A DNA stretch of 64,000 nucleotides from Candidatus Bathyarchaeota archaeon (GTDB lineage Archaea > Thermoproteota > Bathyarchaeia > 40CM-2-53-6): the NCBI GenBank assembly GCA_963733055.1, contig CAVTBR010000003.1, positions 672,001 to 736,000 of the forward strand, written 5' to 3'. Shown piece after piece: positions 20,959-30,800 of the stretch (its first letter is position 1; each line of letters opens with the position of its first letter). Below the pieces are notes generated by a model. That model had not been told where the DNA came from, searched no databases, and saw only the letters and a program-made list of their open reading frames with translations. The position numbers and the translations under genes are program-made.

Positions 20959-20973
20959 GGTTCTGTTAACTTA
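20959..20973 (+). repeat. 15-bp inverted repeat, left copy GGTTCTGTTAACTTA
   Basis: Exact reverse complement of 25190-25204. Confidence 0.6.
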
Positions 20974-21026
20974 ATTGAGGTTGTCATGACTTCAAACCCA
21001 GCATAATCAGACGACTGCAGCCGATG

Positions 21027-21452
21027 TCAAGTTCTTCTCAGTAGTCTGAAGTTGGCGAACGTTCGCCAGATAACATAGACAAGACCGGCAATTGCAGCAA
21101 TTATGGGAATGATTCCCCAGCCGTGGAGCGACTCGTAGGTTAGCGTTATGAAGTTGTAAAAGAGCAAAATCAGTGAGATGAAATATACGCTTTCCGAGAC
21201 GATATACTCCTCTGAACTATAGGAGGTTCTCGCCATTTCTCCTGCAATAGCGAAAGTGATTGTGCAAAGCAGGAGACCGACCTTCACCGACACCGGAAAT
21301 GAGTTCCCCAGAAGGCCAATCATGAACACTAGAGAGGCGAATGAAAACCCCGAAAGCGTCAGCGCAGTTGCTTGAGAGCTGCTGCAGCACCCAAGAATGT
21401 TCCTCCGGAATCTCACGCTTGAGACCAAACTTCTTCCGCAAATCAAATTCAC
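21027..21452 (-). CDS. Hypothetical membrane protein (about 4 TM)
   Basis: Hydrophobic segments; directly follows 21457-22140. Confidence 0.6.
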   Translation of the reverse strand: MNLICGRSLVSSVRFRRNILGCCSSSQATALTLSGFSFASLVFMIGLLGNSFPVSVKVGLLLCTITFAIAGEMARTSYSSEEYIVSESVYFISLILLFYNFITLTYESLHGWGIIPIIAAIAGLVYVIWRTFANFRLLRRT

Positions 21453-21456
21453 CCAA

Positions 21457-22140
21457 TCACAAAGTGGAAGGTGTTTGAGATTCCTGTTCGGCCTTATGAA
21501 TGATCATCCTGCCGATAGCAGAGAAAACGATCAGAGTGAAGGCGGTAATAACGATGGGGTTGGGCACCCATCGCAGCAGCCCTTGGTAGGACGCCCAGAA
21601 AACGAATGCTCCCACAGCCAACCCAACTCCAGTTCCCTTCATGGTCGAGGAAACTTTCAGGTTCAAGAAGTAGGCTATCATAACCGTAACCCACCAACCG
21701 ATCAGGAACGTAGAAAAAGCGAGTACACCGGTTATTCCAACGATACCCGCATGGGCGACCAAGTAGTTCGATATGGGAAAATATTGCCTCTTTAAGCGCA
21801 TTAGGTGCGGCGCCACACGAGAGTATTGTTCGACCGAGCGTAAGACCCTCAAACTTGCATATGTCGCAAACGCAAGAATTGGCATAACCAGCGCTACGGA
21901 TACGTAGGATGGAAGTCCGATCGCAGATCCATTTGCAATTGCCAAACCAAAGCCTCCTAGTAGAGATAGAAGAACAAATTGCGAAGGCCAGGCCCTGAGA
22001 AGACCACCGACTATGACGCCAATCAAGAACACGATTCCAACAGTAAGTAAGGGATAGGCATCTAGGAATCGGCGAAGCGACTCGATTTCCGGCGAAAAGA
22101 TCGAGTAAAATGCTTCTCTACTTTTCCTGATTCTCAGCAT
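21457..22140 (-). CDS. Polytopic membrane protein (weakly resembles small multidrug-export/COG2426-like)
   Basis: About 6 hydrophobic segments; IGWWVTVMIAYFLNL. Confidence 0.6.
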   Translation of the reverse strand: MLRIRKSREAFYSIFSPEIESLRRFLDAYPLLTVGIVFLIGVIVGGLLRAWPSQFVLLSLLGGFGLAIANGSAIGLPSYVSVALVMPILAFATYASLRVLRSVEQYSRVAPHLMRLKRQYFPISNYLVAHAGIVGITGVLAFSTFLIGWWVTVMIAYFLNLKVSSTMKGTGVGLAVGAFVFWASYQGLLRWVPNPIVITAFTLIVFSAIGRMIIHKAEQESQTPSTL

Positions 22141-22230
22141 TTTGGCTGCCCTGAGCTTTTAGGAGGCCATGTTTTCTCCTTGAAATAAGAATAAAAATAG
22201 AGTGAATTAGCTTAATCCGCACCATTCCTT

Positions 22231-22587
22231 TCATACCTTCAGAAACATCTTCTTGGCTTCCTCAACACGCTTCACGTACTCGTGAGGATCGTCGGACAAT
22301 GACACATTTGACGCTGGAAGAGTCAAGCCTAATTCCGCGTATAGTTTTCGAACAATTCTCCCACCCAGAACTCTACCGCCGACTCCGAACGACCCTTTGA
22401 GTGCTGCGAAAAACTCGTTCAGATGACTCGAAACCTCTGCGGGGCTTATTCCAAGATAGGCGTAGAGGTGATAGCCGAAAGCGTCTGCAACATTTCTACC
22501 TAGGACTTCGGCGATAGTCTCCTCAATCGATTTAATGAGCGCACTATTGAATCGCTCTTCCGGATTCTGGGTCTCCGGTGACGTCAT
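22231..22587 (-). CDS. Small helical protein, DUF3227/NitrOD5-like
   Basis: SIEETIAEVLG..., F..ALKGSFG.GG.VL..RIVRKLY..LGL pattern. Confidence 0.6.
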   Translation of the reverse strand: MTSPETQNPEERFNSALIKSIEETIAEVLGRNVADAFGYHLYAYLGISPAEVSSHLNEFFAALKGSFGVGGRVLGGRIVRKLYAELGLTLPASNVSLSDDPHEYVKRVEEAKKMFLKV

Positions 22588-22820
22588 TGTCGGTCGACCT
22601 TCTTAACTGAATTGCGAATCGCGTCCAGTGTGATTCTTTTGGGATCGTAATCGACAGTCAGCATCTGCAATATGTGATCGGCTTCTGACTTCGAGACCCC
22701 TTTCAGGTTCTTGACTGCCATTCTTGCTTTCTCTAACCTGCTGGGATCATCAGTATCCCATATGCGAATGGTACACATCGCTCTGCTTTTCTTCTCCCGC
22801 ATGAGTAGCATCCCACTCAC
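22584..22820 (-). CDS. HMA-fold protein lacking the CxxC motif
   Basis: LKGVSKSEAD...LTVDYDPKRITLDAIRNSVK resembles CopZ/HMA. Confidence 0.6.
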   Translation of the reverse strand: MSGMLLMREKKSRAMCTIRIWDTDDPSRLEKARMAVKNLKGVSKSEADHILQMLTVDYDPKRITLDAIRNSVKKVDRQ

Positions 22821-22850
22821 ATCTTGGGGAGTGTCGCTATTTCATTGGGG

Positions 22851-22906
22851 CGTATTTTTTGTAGTGACGTCTCTGGTGTTCGCTACTTTCGGTCACAAAA
22901 AATACG
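22851..22906. promoter_or_regulatory. Divergent promoter region with 12-bp inverted repeat
   Basis: CGTATTTTTTGT (22851-22862) and ACAAAAAATACG (22895-22906). Confidence 0.55.
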
Positions 22907-22966
22907 TCCTATTGAAGTGTTATCCGGTCCTTATGCACGCTATCGATGAGGGGGGGTGAAATTTAG

Positions 22967-23209
22967 ATGGAAGTTGAAAATCGAAAGCTGCCTAGTTGGG
23001 CGCGAGCTCTAGCTGTCATGGTAGGGTTAGTTACGCTTGTGGCGGGGTTCCTTGTATTGGTGTTTCCAGCGCTCGGAGTTCTCTTTGTTGTGTACCTTCT
23101 AGCGTTTGCACTCATTCTCCTCGGCGTAGAGAGGCTTGGAATGGGAATTACGGGCCACGCCTACACAATTACAGCCAAGAGTAAGAAACCAGAACCAGCG
23201 AGAACCTGA
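22967..23209 (+). CDS. DUF308/HdeD-like small membrane protein
   Basis: Two TM hairpin, LVFPALG..LLAFALILLGVERL; SD GGGGTGA upstream. Confidence 0.7.
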   Translation: MEVENRKLPSWARALAVMVGLVTLVAGFLVLVFPALGVLFVVYLLAFALILLGVERLGMGITGHAYTITAKSKKPEPART

Positions 23210-23365
23210 TTCGCCTCAATGAATCGCAGGACACTTTGGAGAACTATCGTTCTCCACTCCTACCCACTCCTACTGTTTTCTTTTCCTATGTCGCGTCAAA
23301 AAATTCAAGGGAATCAGCTCACACTTTAAAGGAGGTTCAATAGAATAATTCAGGGCTATTTGTAA

Positions 23366-23887
23366 TTGGTGAAGAAAGAAAAGAGTGTGACAAGGTCGTT
23401 TCGAGTAAGCGAAACTGCATTCAAGGCTCTAGAGGAAGACGCTGCGACGCGGAATGTTAGTGTGAATACTCTTGTGAACCAGCTCTTGCTCGCATACGCA
23501 AACTGGGGTCGATTTTTTGATAAGATTGGGGCAGTTCGCATCCCAAAAGAAGCGTTAAGCCGACTCTTAGATGCCTCTTCCAATGAGGCAGTCATCGAAG
23601 CTGCTCGCCTCTCAGGATTGGACACTCCAAGAGCGATCATGCTCGCAAAACATGGAACCCTATCCCTAACCACAGTCTTGGACTTCATTCGCGGAGGCGC
23701 CGCCTATGGCGGGTTCGCAGAGTACAGTGAGGTGGAGAATCAAGGGAAATTAGTCGTCACGATAATGCACAATATGGGCCGGAAAGCATCAATTTATTTC
23801 GGCAGCCTCCTAGAAGCTATATTTGCAAACATAGATCGTCACCCTAAAATTAGCTCAAGTGAACACTCAGTCCTAATCGAAATCTAG
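23366..23887 (+). CDS. Ribbon-helix-helix transcription regulator with C-terminal ligand-binding-like domain
   Basis: VTRSFRVSE..FKALEEDA..RNVSVNTLVNQLL RHH pattern. Confidence 0.75.
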   Translation: MVKKEKSVTRSFRVSETAFKALEEDAATRNVSVNTLVNQLLLAYANWGRFFDKIGAVRIPKEALSRLLDASSNEAVIEAARLSGLDTPRAIMLAKHGTLSLTTVLDFIRGGAAYGGFAEYSEVENQGKLVVTIMHNMGRKASIYFGSLLEAIFANIDRHPKISSSEHSVLIEI

Positions 23888-24039
23888 AGCCGACGATATT
23901 CGCTGGCCAAGTCCTCCTCACAAGCGTTCTTCTTTAGATGAAAAACAAGACCGCAATTTCACTTTCTATATTGATTTAGAAACTCGGCAGAGTTAATCAT
24001 GGCGGGAACTAGGCAAAATCAAGTGAGGACGAACAGCAC

Positions 24040-24357
24040 ATGGAACTTTTCATCTTCGCTCGCTTCCATGCTCGTGAAGGGAAACAGGACGCGGTAGAGG
24101 CAGCATTGCGTGAGGAAATACCACAAGCGCGCAAAGAACCGGGCTGCTTGGCAATTAACGCCTATCGTTCTGCTCGCGACCCGACGTTGTTTTTCATTCA
24201 TTCACGTTGGACTGACGAGAAGGCGTTTGATGCTCATGCGGAAATGCAGCATACGTTGCACTTCATCAGGAGCGTGGAACCGCTGATCGACCATGCCTTA
24301 GACGTGAACCGCACGAACCTCATTGAGATTCCAGCGCGGGTAAAGGAGGTCTCATGA
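24040..24357 (+). CDS. Antibiotic-biosynthesis monooxygenase (ABM) family protein
   Basis: RKEPGCL, SRWTDEKAFDAHAEMQH. Confidence 0.85.
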   Translation: MELFIFARFHAREGKQDAVEAALREEIPQARKEPGCLAINAYRSARDPTLFFIHSRWTDEKAFDAHAEMQHTLHFIRSVEPLIDHALDVNRTNLIEIPARVKEVS

Positions 24358-24358
24358 C

Positions 24359-24522
24359 GTGAAGTACACTGCAGTCATAAGAGAACAGGGTCCAGCTTGG
24401 AATTCATCCGCATTGATGAGGGAACAGAAGGGTGGAAAAATCACGCTGCCTTCATGGACGCTCTTGCCGGAGAAGGATTTGTAGTTCTAGGCGGCCCGCT
24501 AGATAAATGCGAAAGGCATTGA
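24359..24522 (+). pseudogene. YciI-like gene fragment
   Basis: REQGPAWNSSALMREQ, frameshift, WKNHAAFMDALAGEGFVVLGGPL, then premature stop. Confidence 0.6.
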
Positions 24523-24614
24523 TAACCTATCTCATGCTCGCCATTACTCTAATAGTACGGGGAGCAGGTGTAATCTCAGTGGACTCTATCCTTGGCTTTT
24601 AGGGAGGGAAATGA

Positions 24615-25037
24615 ATGAGTCACGTTGCTATGAATGACGTAGAACTTCGGGAATTCCTCTCTCAACCCTTGATCGCTGATTTTGTGACCTTGAACAAGGA
24701 CGGTTCCCCACAGATCACGCCTGTCGATTACTATTTTGACGGAACCTACCTCTACTTCTCGACCACTACTGACCGGGCGAAGGGTAGGAATGTAAAACGT
24801 GACAACAGAATCGCCGTCTCAATCCGAAACGAGAATGCTCACAAAGTAGTTCTCTTTGCAGGCATCGCCGACATCTTGGATGACTCGGACCATGCTCTAG
24901 TTCGTAGGATCGTTGCAAGGTATTGGCCGCCAGACAAGGTCGATGCAACGCTAAGCGGTCTGGAGGCCAACCGAATCATACTCCGAATGAAGCCAACCAA
25001 GACGATCAGCTGGGACTACGCCAAATCAGGAAACTAA
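24615..25037 (+). CDS. PPOX-class (F420/FMN split-barrel) oxidoreductase
   Basis: VTLNKDGSPQITPV, RAKGRNVKRDNRIA, ISWDYAK. Confidence 0.85.
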   Translation: MSHVAMNDVELREFLSQPLIADFVTLNKDGSPQITPVDYYFDGTYLYFSTTTDRAKGRNVKRDNRIAVSIRNENAHKVVLFAGIADILDDSDHALVRRIVARYWPPDKVDATLSGLEANRIILRMKPTKTISWDYAKSGN

Positions 25038-25189
25038 CAGAGGTGACTAACAAAGGTCCACGAATAATCCTCAAGGTATCACTGTCGTTGGGGTGCTTAT
25101 GATTATTGTTGGTTTGGCGGAGGTGGCGACTGGTTTCAGCCATAGCTTTCTTGGCATTATCTCTACAAGCTCTGAGTTTAACACCCGTC

Positions 25190-25204
25190 TAAGTTAACAG
25201 AACC
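25190..25204 (-). repeat. 15-bp inverted repeat, right copy
   Basis: TAAGTTAACAGAACC on the + strand, reverse complement of 20959-20973. Confidence 0.6.
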
Positions 25205-25298
25205 GGGGTGACTGCCAACGGATTACTGTTGGCGAGGGTGGAATTAGTTACAGTTACCTCCCATGCTGAAATTCCCGGCTAGTTGATTTTGGGGGGTT

Positions 25299-25808
25299 GT
25301 GGTTCGGTGGCCGAACGATATGAGGTTGCGTGATTTGTTTTTCGAGACGCGCCTGCGTGGTTTGTTTGGACGGGCGGGCGTGGGGCCGGAGGTTAGGGTG
25401 CAGAGGATTTGCAACCGTATCCTCGACGGGTTGAACTACACCCCAGCCGCGCCTGCGTCCGCTGGAGGACTAGTAGAGCCGAGTGGCGGAAAGGATGGGG
25501 AGAGAACCGACACCCATCCCAAGCTTGGGGATGGACCGACGCGGCCGTGGCTTCTTTTGCACATGCGCCAGATCATGGAGATAGCTTTGGACCGGGTGAC
25601 GAACCCGAAAACTCCGACTGGAGACCGGATCAAATGGTCCCGCGTCCTAATCAGCGCAGGCCAAGCCTGCAACTCCGTCCTCCGTGACGTAGACATAGAG
25701 GCGTTGAAAAAGGAAATTCAAGAGCTCAGGCAGCTCACCGAGGAAAAGCTGAGAGATGAGCAAGGCAGCGATCAGGAAGAACATAGACCAACTCCGCAGA
25801 CAGATTAA
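25299..25808 (+). CDS. Hypothetical protein with C-terminal coiled coil (possibly mobile-element derived)
   Basis: RIKWSRVLISAGQACNSVLRDVDIEALKKEIQEL; start uncertain. Confidence 0.55.
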   Translation: MVRWPNDMRLRDLFFETRLRGLFGRAGVGPEVRVQRICNRILDGLNYTPAAPASAGGLVEPSGGKDGERTDTHPKLGDGPTRPWLLLHMRQIMEIALDRVTNPKTPTGDRIKWSRVLISAGQACNSVLRDVDIEALKKEIQELRQLTEEKLRDEQGSDQEEHRPTPQTD

Positions 25809-26511
25809 CCACACACCGCGAATCTGGCGATTCCGCGGACGACGAGTCGTCCCAGCCGAGAAATGGCAGTACGAGGACTGGACAACCTTCCCAGACACAT
25901 TCACCCTAGTCCTCATGAGCGCACACCCCCCAAAGGAATGGATGAAAGACTACAACGACCTCATGAACCAAACCAAAGACCCACAATTCGGGTGGCAAAT
26001 CTGCCTACAAAACTGCGCCATCTACCACGCGCAGACGCAGAAAGAAGAAGTAGACCGGCGGCGATGGACGCCCGACCGAGGCGGCGAAGAAGCCCAACAA
26101 AAATTCTATGACGAATGCGGAAAAACCCGCGCCGACGAATTCCGACGTGAAGACGCATTCGAACAGGTCAAGCTCAGAATCCTCAACGAACTCACAGGAG
26201 CACACGGCCGAACCTGCACCATCATCAACTTCTTCAAATGCCCCTACGGCGACGAACACAACATCCTTCTCGACGAGGGCAGGGCGGCCGGGAGGTTACT
26301 GGAACACCTTGAATGGTACAACAAACACTGGAACCGAAGCTCCACTAATACACCCACCCAAGACGAAATGAAATGGTACCACTACAACGAACCCCCAATC
26401 CTCGACGTAACAAACTACGACGACGTTCGCAAGGCGCTGGAGGATGGAAGGCTCAATAAAATCATCGCTGAGCACACGCGCTACCGGAAGGAGAGCGGGT
26501 ACGAGCGCTAG
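25756..26511 (+). CDS. Hypothetical protein
   Basis: 251-aa ORF overlapping the upstream gene; strong C/A-rich codon bias. Confidence 0.65.
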   Translation: MSKAAIRKNIDQLRRQINHTPRIWRFRGRRVVPAEKWQYEDWTTFPDTFTLVLMSAHPPKEWMKDYNDLMNQTKDPQFGWQICLQNCAIYHAQTQKEEVDRRRWTPDRGGEEAQQKFYDECGKTRADEFRREDAFEQVKLRILNELTGAHGRTCTIINFFKCPYGDEHNILLDEGRAAGRLLEHLEWYNKHWNRSSTNTPTQDEMKWYHYNEPPILDVTNYDDVRKALEDGRLNKIIAEHTRYRKESGYER

Positions 26512-26611
26512 GCCTTCTAACATGCAGAGGAAATTTGGGAGTAATCCTCAGAAGTCAATTCAACGCGTCGCAGCACTAAGCCGTTCTAAGAGGCCCTTAC
26601 GCGGGTTAAGA

Positions 26612-26824
26612 TCAGGTTGACATTGGAGTCTTTTTAATACGATTTCTTAGACCGACTATAGTGATACCTACGAGTTCTCCGCCCCTTGTCCTAATCACAA
26701 CGCCCTCCTGTGGCTCTATGGAGTCGTCTGCTTCTCTCGGCGAGCCAACGGAAATGTAGAGAACATCGCTCTCCTCATCGTAATCGATATCGAGGTTCTC
26801 TGGCTTCAGGACTAGGCTTTCCAC
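26612..26824 (-). CDS. DUF2283-family putative antitoxin
   Basis: IDYDEESDVLYI, GELVGITI. Confidence 0.8.
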   Translation of the reverse strand: MESLVLKPENLDIDYDEESDVLYISVGSPREADDSIEPQEGVVIRTRGGELVGITIVGLRNRIKKTPMST

Positions 26825-27153
26825 ACAACCTCACCCTTTACTCGCTTTAGGTTCGAAGTGAAGTATGCGGTTATTATAGCCTTCTCGTCGTCTTCCTCTC
26901 GGTAGACCACCACTAGATACTTCTTCGAGCCCAGGTGGGTTCTATCTATGCACTTAACGGCCTTCATTCGCCCCGCATAGCCTTTGAAAATGACTTCAGG
27001 CTTTCCAAGAGTTTCTTTGATCCACTCCTCGTAACGTGAAACCTCTGGATGCCTTTCGCGGATGTGTTTCCGGGCTGCTTCTGAAAGGGTCAAGCTTCTC
27101 GGAGGGCGGTGTGTTGGACTATTGAACCTTGCCGGTAGTACGAGACTTGTCAT
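26812..27153 (-). CDS. RelE/BECR-fold putative ribonuclease toxin
   Basis: HIRERHPEV..IKETLGKPE, KYLVVVY, IITAYFT; overlaps the DUF2283 gene; start uncertain. Confidence 0.7.
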   Translation of the reverse strand: MTSLVLPARFNSPTHRPPRSLTLSEAARKHIRERHPEVSRYEEWIKETLGKPEVIFKGYAGRMKAVKCIDRTHLGSKKYLVVVYREEDDEKAIITAYFTSNLKRVKGEVVWKA

Positions 27154-27270
27154 TGGTGACAGCTTCTCGCGTGCGCGACTCACCGCCCCCCATGGCGGAA
27201 TCCCAATGTTCGAGCGCATCGTTGCACGAAGTTTTAAGATATAGATTACAACTTACAGATAGCGGTCCTA

Positions 27271-27477
27271 ATGGCCAATAAGACAATAGCTGTGGACGAG
27301 CGAGTGTGGCGGAGATTGAAAGCGATGATGAAGGACGAGAAGGCCGACAGCTTTGGAGAATTAGTCGCTAAGCTGATTGAGAAGCGGAAAGCAGTGTCGT
27401 CGTCAATGTTTGGCATTGATAGCGGAAGTGGTCTCAAATTTACTCAACGGGAACACGAACAGATTATTCGAGACTAG
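27271..27477 (+). CDS. vapB: VapB-type antitoxin
   Basis: KTIAVDERVWRRLK, SFGELVAKL, SMFG. Confidence 0.75.
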   Translation: MANKTIAVDERVWRRLKAMMKDEKADSFGELVAKLIEKRKAVSSSMFGIDSGSGLKFTQREHEQIIRD

Positions 27478-27534
27478 CTTAGAGGTCGGACCGCTGAACG
27501 AATGCTGGTCGGGTTGATGACGTAGAAGGCGTAG

Positions 27535-27640
27535 GTAATCGATTCTTTCGCTTGGTTCGAGTATTTCCTTGGCTCGGATGCAGGGATGAGAGCAAACCCT
27601 ACATCGAAACAGGAAACGTCATGACGCATCGTGTGGGTAG
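27535..27640 (+). pseudogene. vapC: VapC (PIN) toxin remnant
   Basis: VIDSFAWFEYFLGSDAGMRA, frameshift, PYIETGNVMT; preceded by in-frame stops, no intact start, truncated. Confidence 0.65.
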
Positions 27641-27876
27641 CTAAAGATCCAGCCAAGTAACCCATATGATGGATGCTGCCGGTTTACCCAAACCTGTCTG
27701 TTTTACACCGGATTTCAACAGCAGCGCCATGCCAAAGTTGACACGGCCTTATCCATACAAATCATCATGAAAATGTAACCAAGCCTTATCTTCGCACCTT
27801 CTTAGCAGCCGAGGTAACACGATAGTCGCTAAAGTAGCAAAATCCCGCGTACCCATCGCGACGAGTCGAATGACCA

Positions 27877-30800
27877 TTGGTATACATCAAAAGGATCGAC
27901 CTCAGAGGCTTCAAGACCTTCGGCAAGAAGGCGACCGTCCACCTCGAACGCGGGCTCACAATAGTAACTGGTCCCAACGGGTCCGGGAAATCCAACATTC
28001 TAGACTCCGTAAAATTTGCCCTCGGCGAACTTAGCCCTAAGGAGCTTAGGGGGGAGACGATAGGGGACCTGATCCACAAAGGCGCCCAAGCCTCAACCAC
28101 ACACTCAGCATGGGTCGCGGTGCAATTTGACAACCATGACAGGCGCATACCCGTCGACGCCGAAGCCGTAACAATCTCCCGAGAGTTCCGGCGGGGTGGA
28201 GAGGGCATCTACCGGATGAATGGCAGGAAGATCTCGAGGAAACAGCTCACAGACATCCTCTCCTCAGCCGACATCCAAGTCTCAAGCTACAACATCGTCC
28301 CACAACACGCCATAACAAGACTTGCCGAAGTTACTGCCGAAGAACGACGCAAAATAATCGAAGACATGATCGGAATAGCCGTATACGATACGAAGAAGAC
28401 TGCAGCCCAGGCGGAACTGCAAAAGGCCGACGTCAACCTTCAAGTCGCATCCGCAAAGATCGAAGAAGTCCGACTTCGGGTCGAATCCCTCGAAAAGGAA
28501 CGCAACGATTTCCTGAAATTCATCCAAATAAGAAGTGAGATGTACGAGCTTCAAGCCAAAGCGGTCTCGCACAAAATTCTGAAAGCCAAGCAAGAAGCCG
28601 CGGACCTAGAAGGTCAAATGAACGAAAACCAACAACAGATACATGAACTCAAGACTAAACGAGACCAACTAATCCAAGAAAAAGGAAGACTCGAAACCGA
28701 AAAGAGAGCATACGAAGACACTGTTGGTGAGAAAGGCAGCAACAGGCTGCTTGAGGTTCAACGAGCGATGGGCGACATAAACGCCACAATCGCCGGACTT
28801 CGATCCCAAGCCGACCATATCAAGTCTAACACAAAGCTACTGCAGACCCAGAAAGGTGAACTCGAACAGAACTCGACAGAAATAGAAAAGAAAATCTCCA
28901 GTTCTAGGATGGAACTGCAACAGCTCGAATCACAGCACGAATCCATTCTGAAAGAGTTAGATTCCAAACAGGCACTGGCGGATGCATCCTTCAATGCACT
29001 CACAGGATTAAGAGAAACGCTTGGAGAGAGAAATAAGGAAGCCGAGGATCTGGAACGAACGATCGGCGGATTGAACAACCGAATCTTCAAGTTCGACGCC
29101 CAGATAAAAGCCAGCGCAACAAAAATTGACCTCCTCAACAACCATCTCCTAACACTCAAATCACGGAAGGAAGAGTACGAGACCGTCCTCCAAAATATCA
29201 CGAAACGACTTGAGGATCTCAGGGCAGCTAAGGTCGAGGAAGAAAAGAGGGCGTCAGCGGCTGACGCCAAGAGTGCAGGCTACAACGCAATAAAGAAACA
29301 ACGATCCACAGAGATTGAAAGTGCAAATGCAGTAGCCAAGCGAGCGGCCCTAGCATTGGCAGAAATCGATACACAGAGGACGATAGCTCAGAATTTCGCT
29401 TCAGACGACAAGGCCCTACGACTAATCGAAGAAATGGCAAAAGCAGGTACAGTGACCGGCGTATATGGACGACTTGCGAACCTCATCAAAGTGAAGAAAG
29501 GAATTCTGAAACCAGTCGAAGCCGCGGCCGCCGGATGGCTAAAGGCAATCGTAGTCAAAGACATGGAAACAGCGATCTACTGCATTGAAGTGTTGAAGAA
29601 GACCAAAGTTGGCCGCATCAAACTGATTCCTCTGAAGGGCCTTCAAACTCCTAGGAAAACGTCAATTCCCAAAGAAATTCCAGAGATCGTCGGCCCCATG
29701 ACGGAACAGTTGGAATTTGACGAGCAAATCAGGCCCGCGATCGAATACGTCTTCGGCGACACCGTGTTGACAAGCACGCAGAAATCTGCGTTCCTCACCT
29801 CCCTCAAGGGCATTAGAGCGGTAGCTGCAACTGGCGACCTTTACGAACCGGGAGGCGGGATGGAAACCGGCTATTTCAGGCAGCCCCTAGACATGTCGAA
29901 ACTCTTGCTTGACGGCCAGACGGTCTGTGAACTCAAGAACACTCTCGTCTCACTCGAAAAACTCACCCTCAAAGCAAGAGAAGAGATCAAAAGGATAAAC
30001 CAAGAAGTGCTCGACCAAGGCAGGAACAAGACCCAAAGCCTCAATCTAGCACACCTAACAGAAAGAGAAATTGAAACCATAAGCGAAAGCCTGGAGCGAG
30101 CACACAAGATCGTGGATGAAACCGCCGTTAGAATCGATCAGCTAAACCGCGAAATTGTAACCGAAAATATAGTCCTTGAAGCTTGCGCGTCGAAGAAAAA
30201 GCATCTTCAGGCGCCATTGTCTACGTACGAGCAATCCAAAGAATCCATGAGTATCCGCTCGCAGTCCACAACTCTCCTCGAAAGGGAGAACGAGCATTCG
30301 AGACTAACGAGTGAAGCAAACGACCTCCTTCGACAAAGGATTGAGATCGAAGGCCACATGCAAGGCCTGTCATCAACGGTTACGGCAATTGAACCCACAC
30401 TCGACCAGACGAAAGTACAGATCACGAGCATCGACAGCCAACTGAGAAAACTCAGCGACGAACTTCTTCAAACAGAGGCTGAGCTGCCCAAGTTCGAAGA
30501 ACAACTCAAAGAGAGTAACACGACCCGCGATCAACTCTCGGAGGAATTAGCGGGAGTGAAAAAGAAACGTGACGAGTACAACGAACAACTCAGGAAACTA
30601 GAAGCGGAAATCACCGAGATCCTTGAGGAGCTTGACCCCGCAACCAGCAAACTCGCCGACGTATCAGCCTCAAACAAGCACATGCAAATGCAGATTGAAT
30701 TCCATTTGAACGAACTGAAGCAGTTAGGCTACACGGAAGTAACCGAGGTATCAGACGATGAGATGGAAAGAGTAGAGAAGATTCTGCCCGTCCTCAAGAA

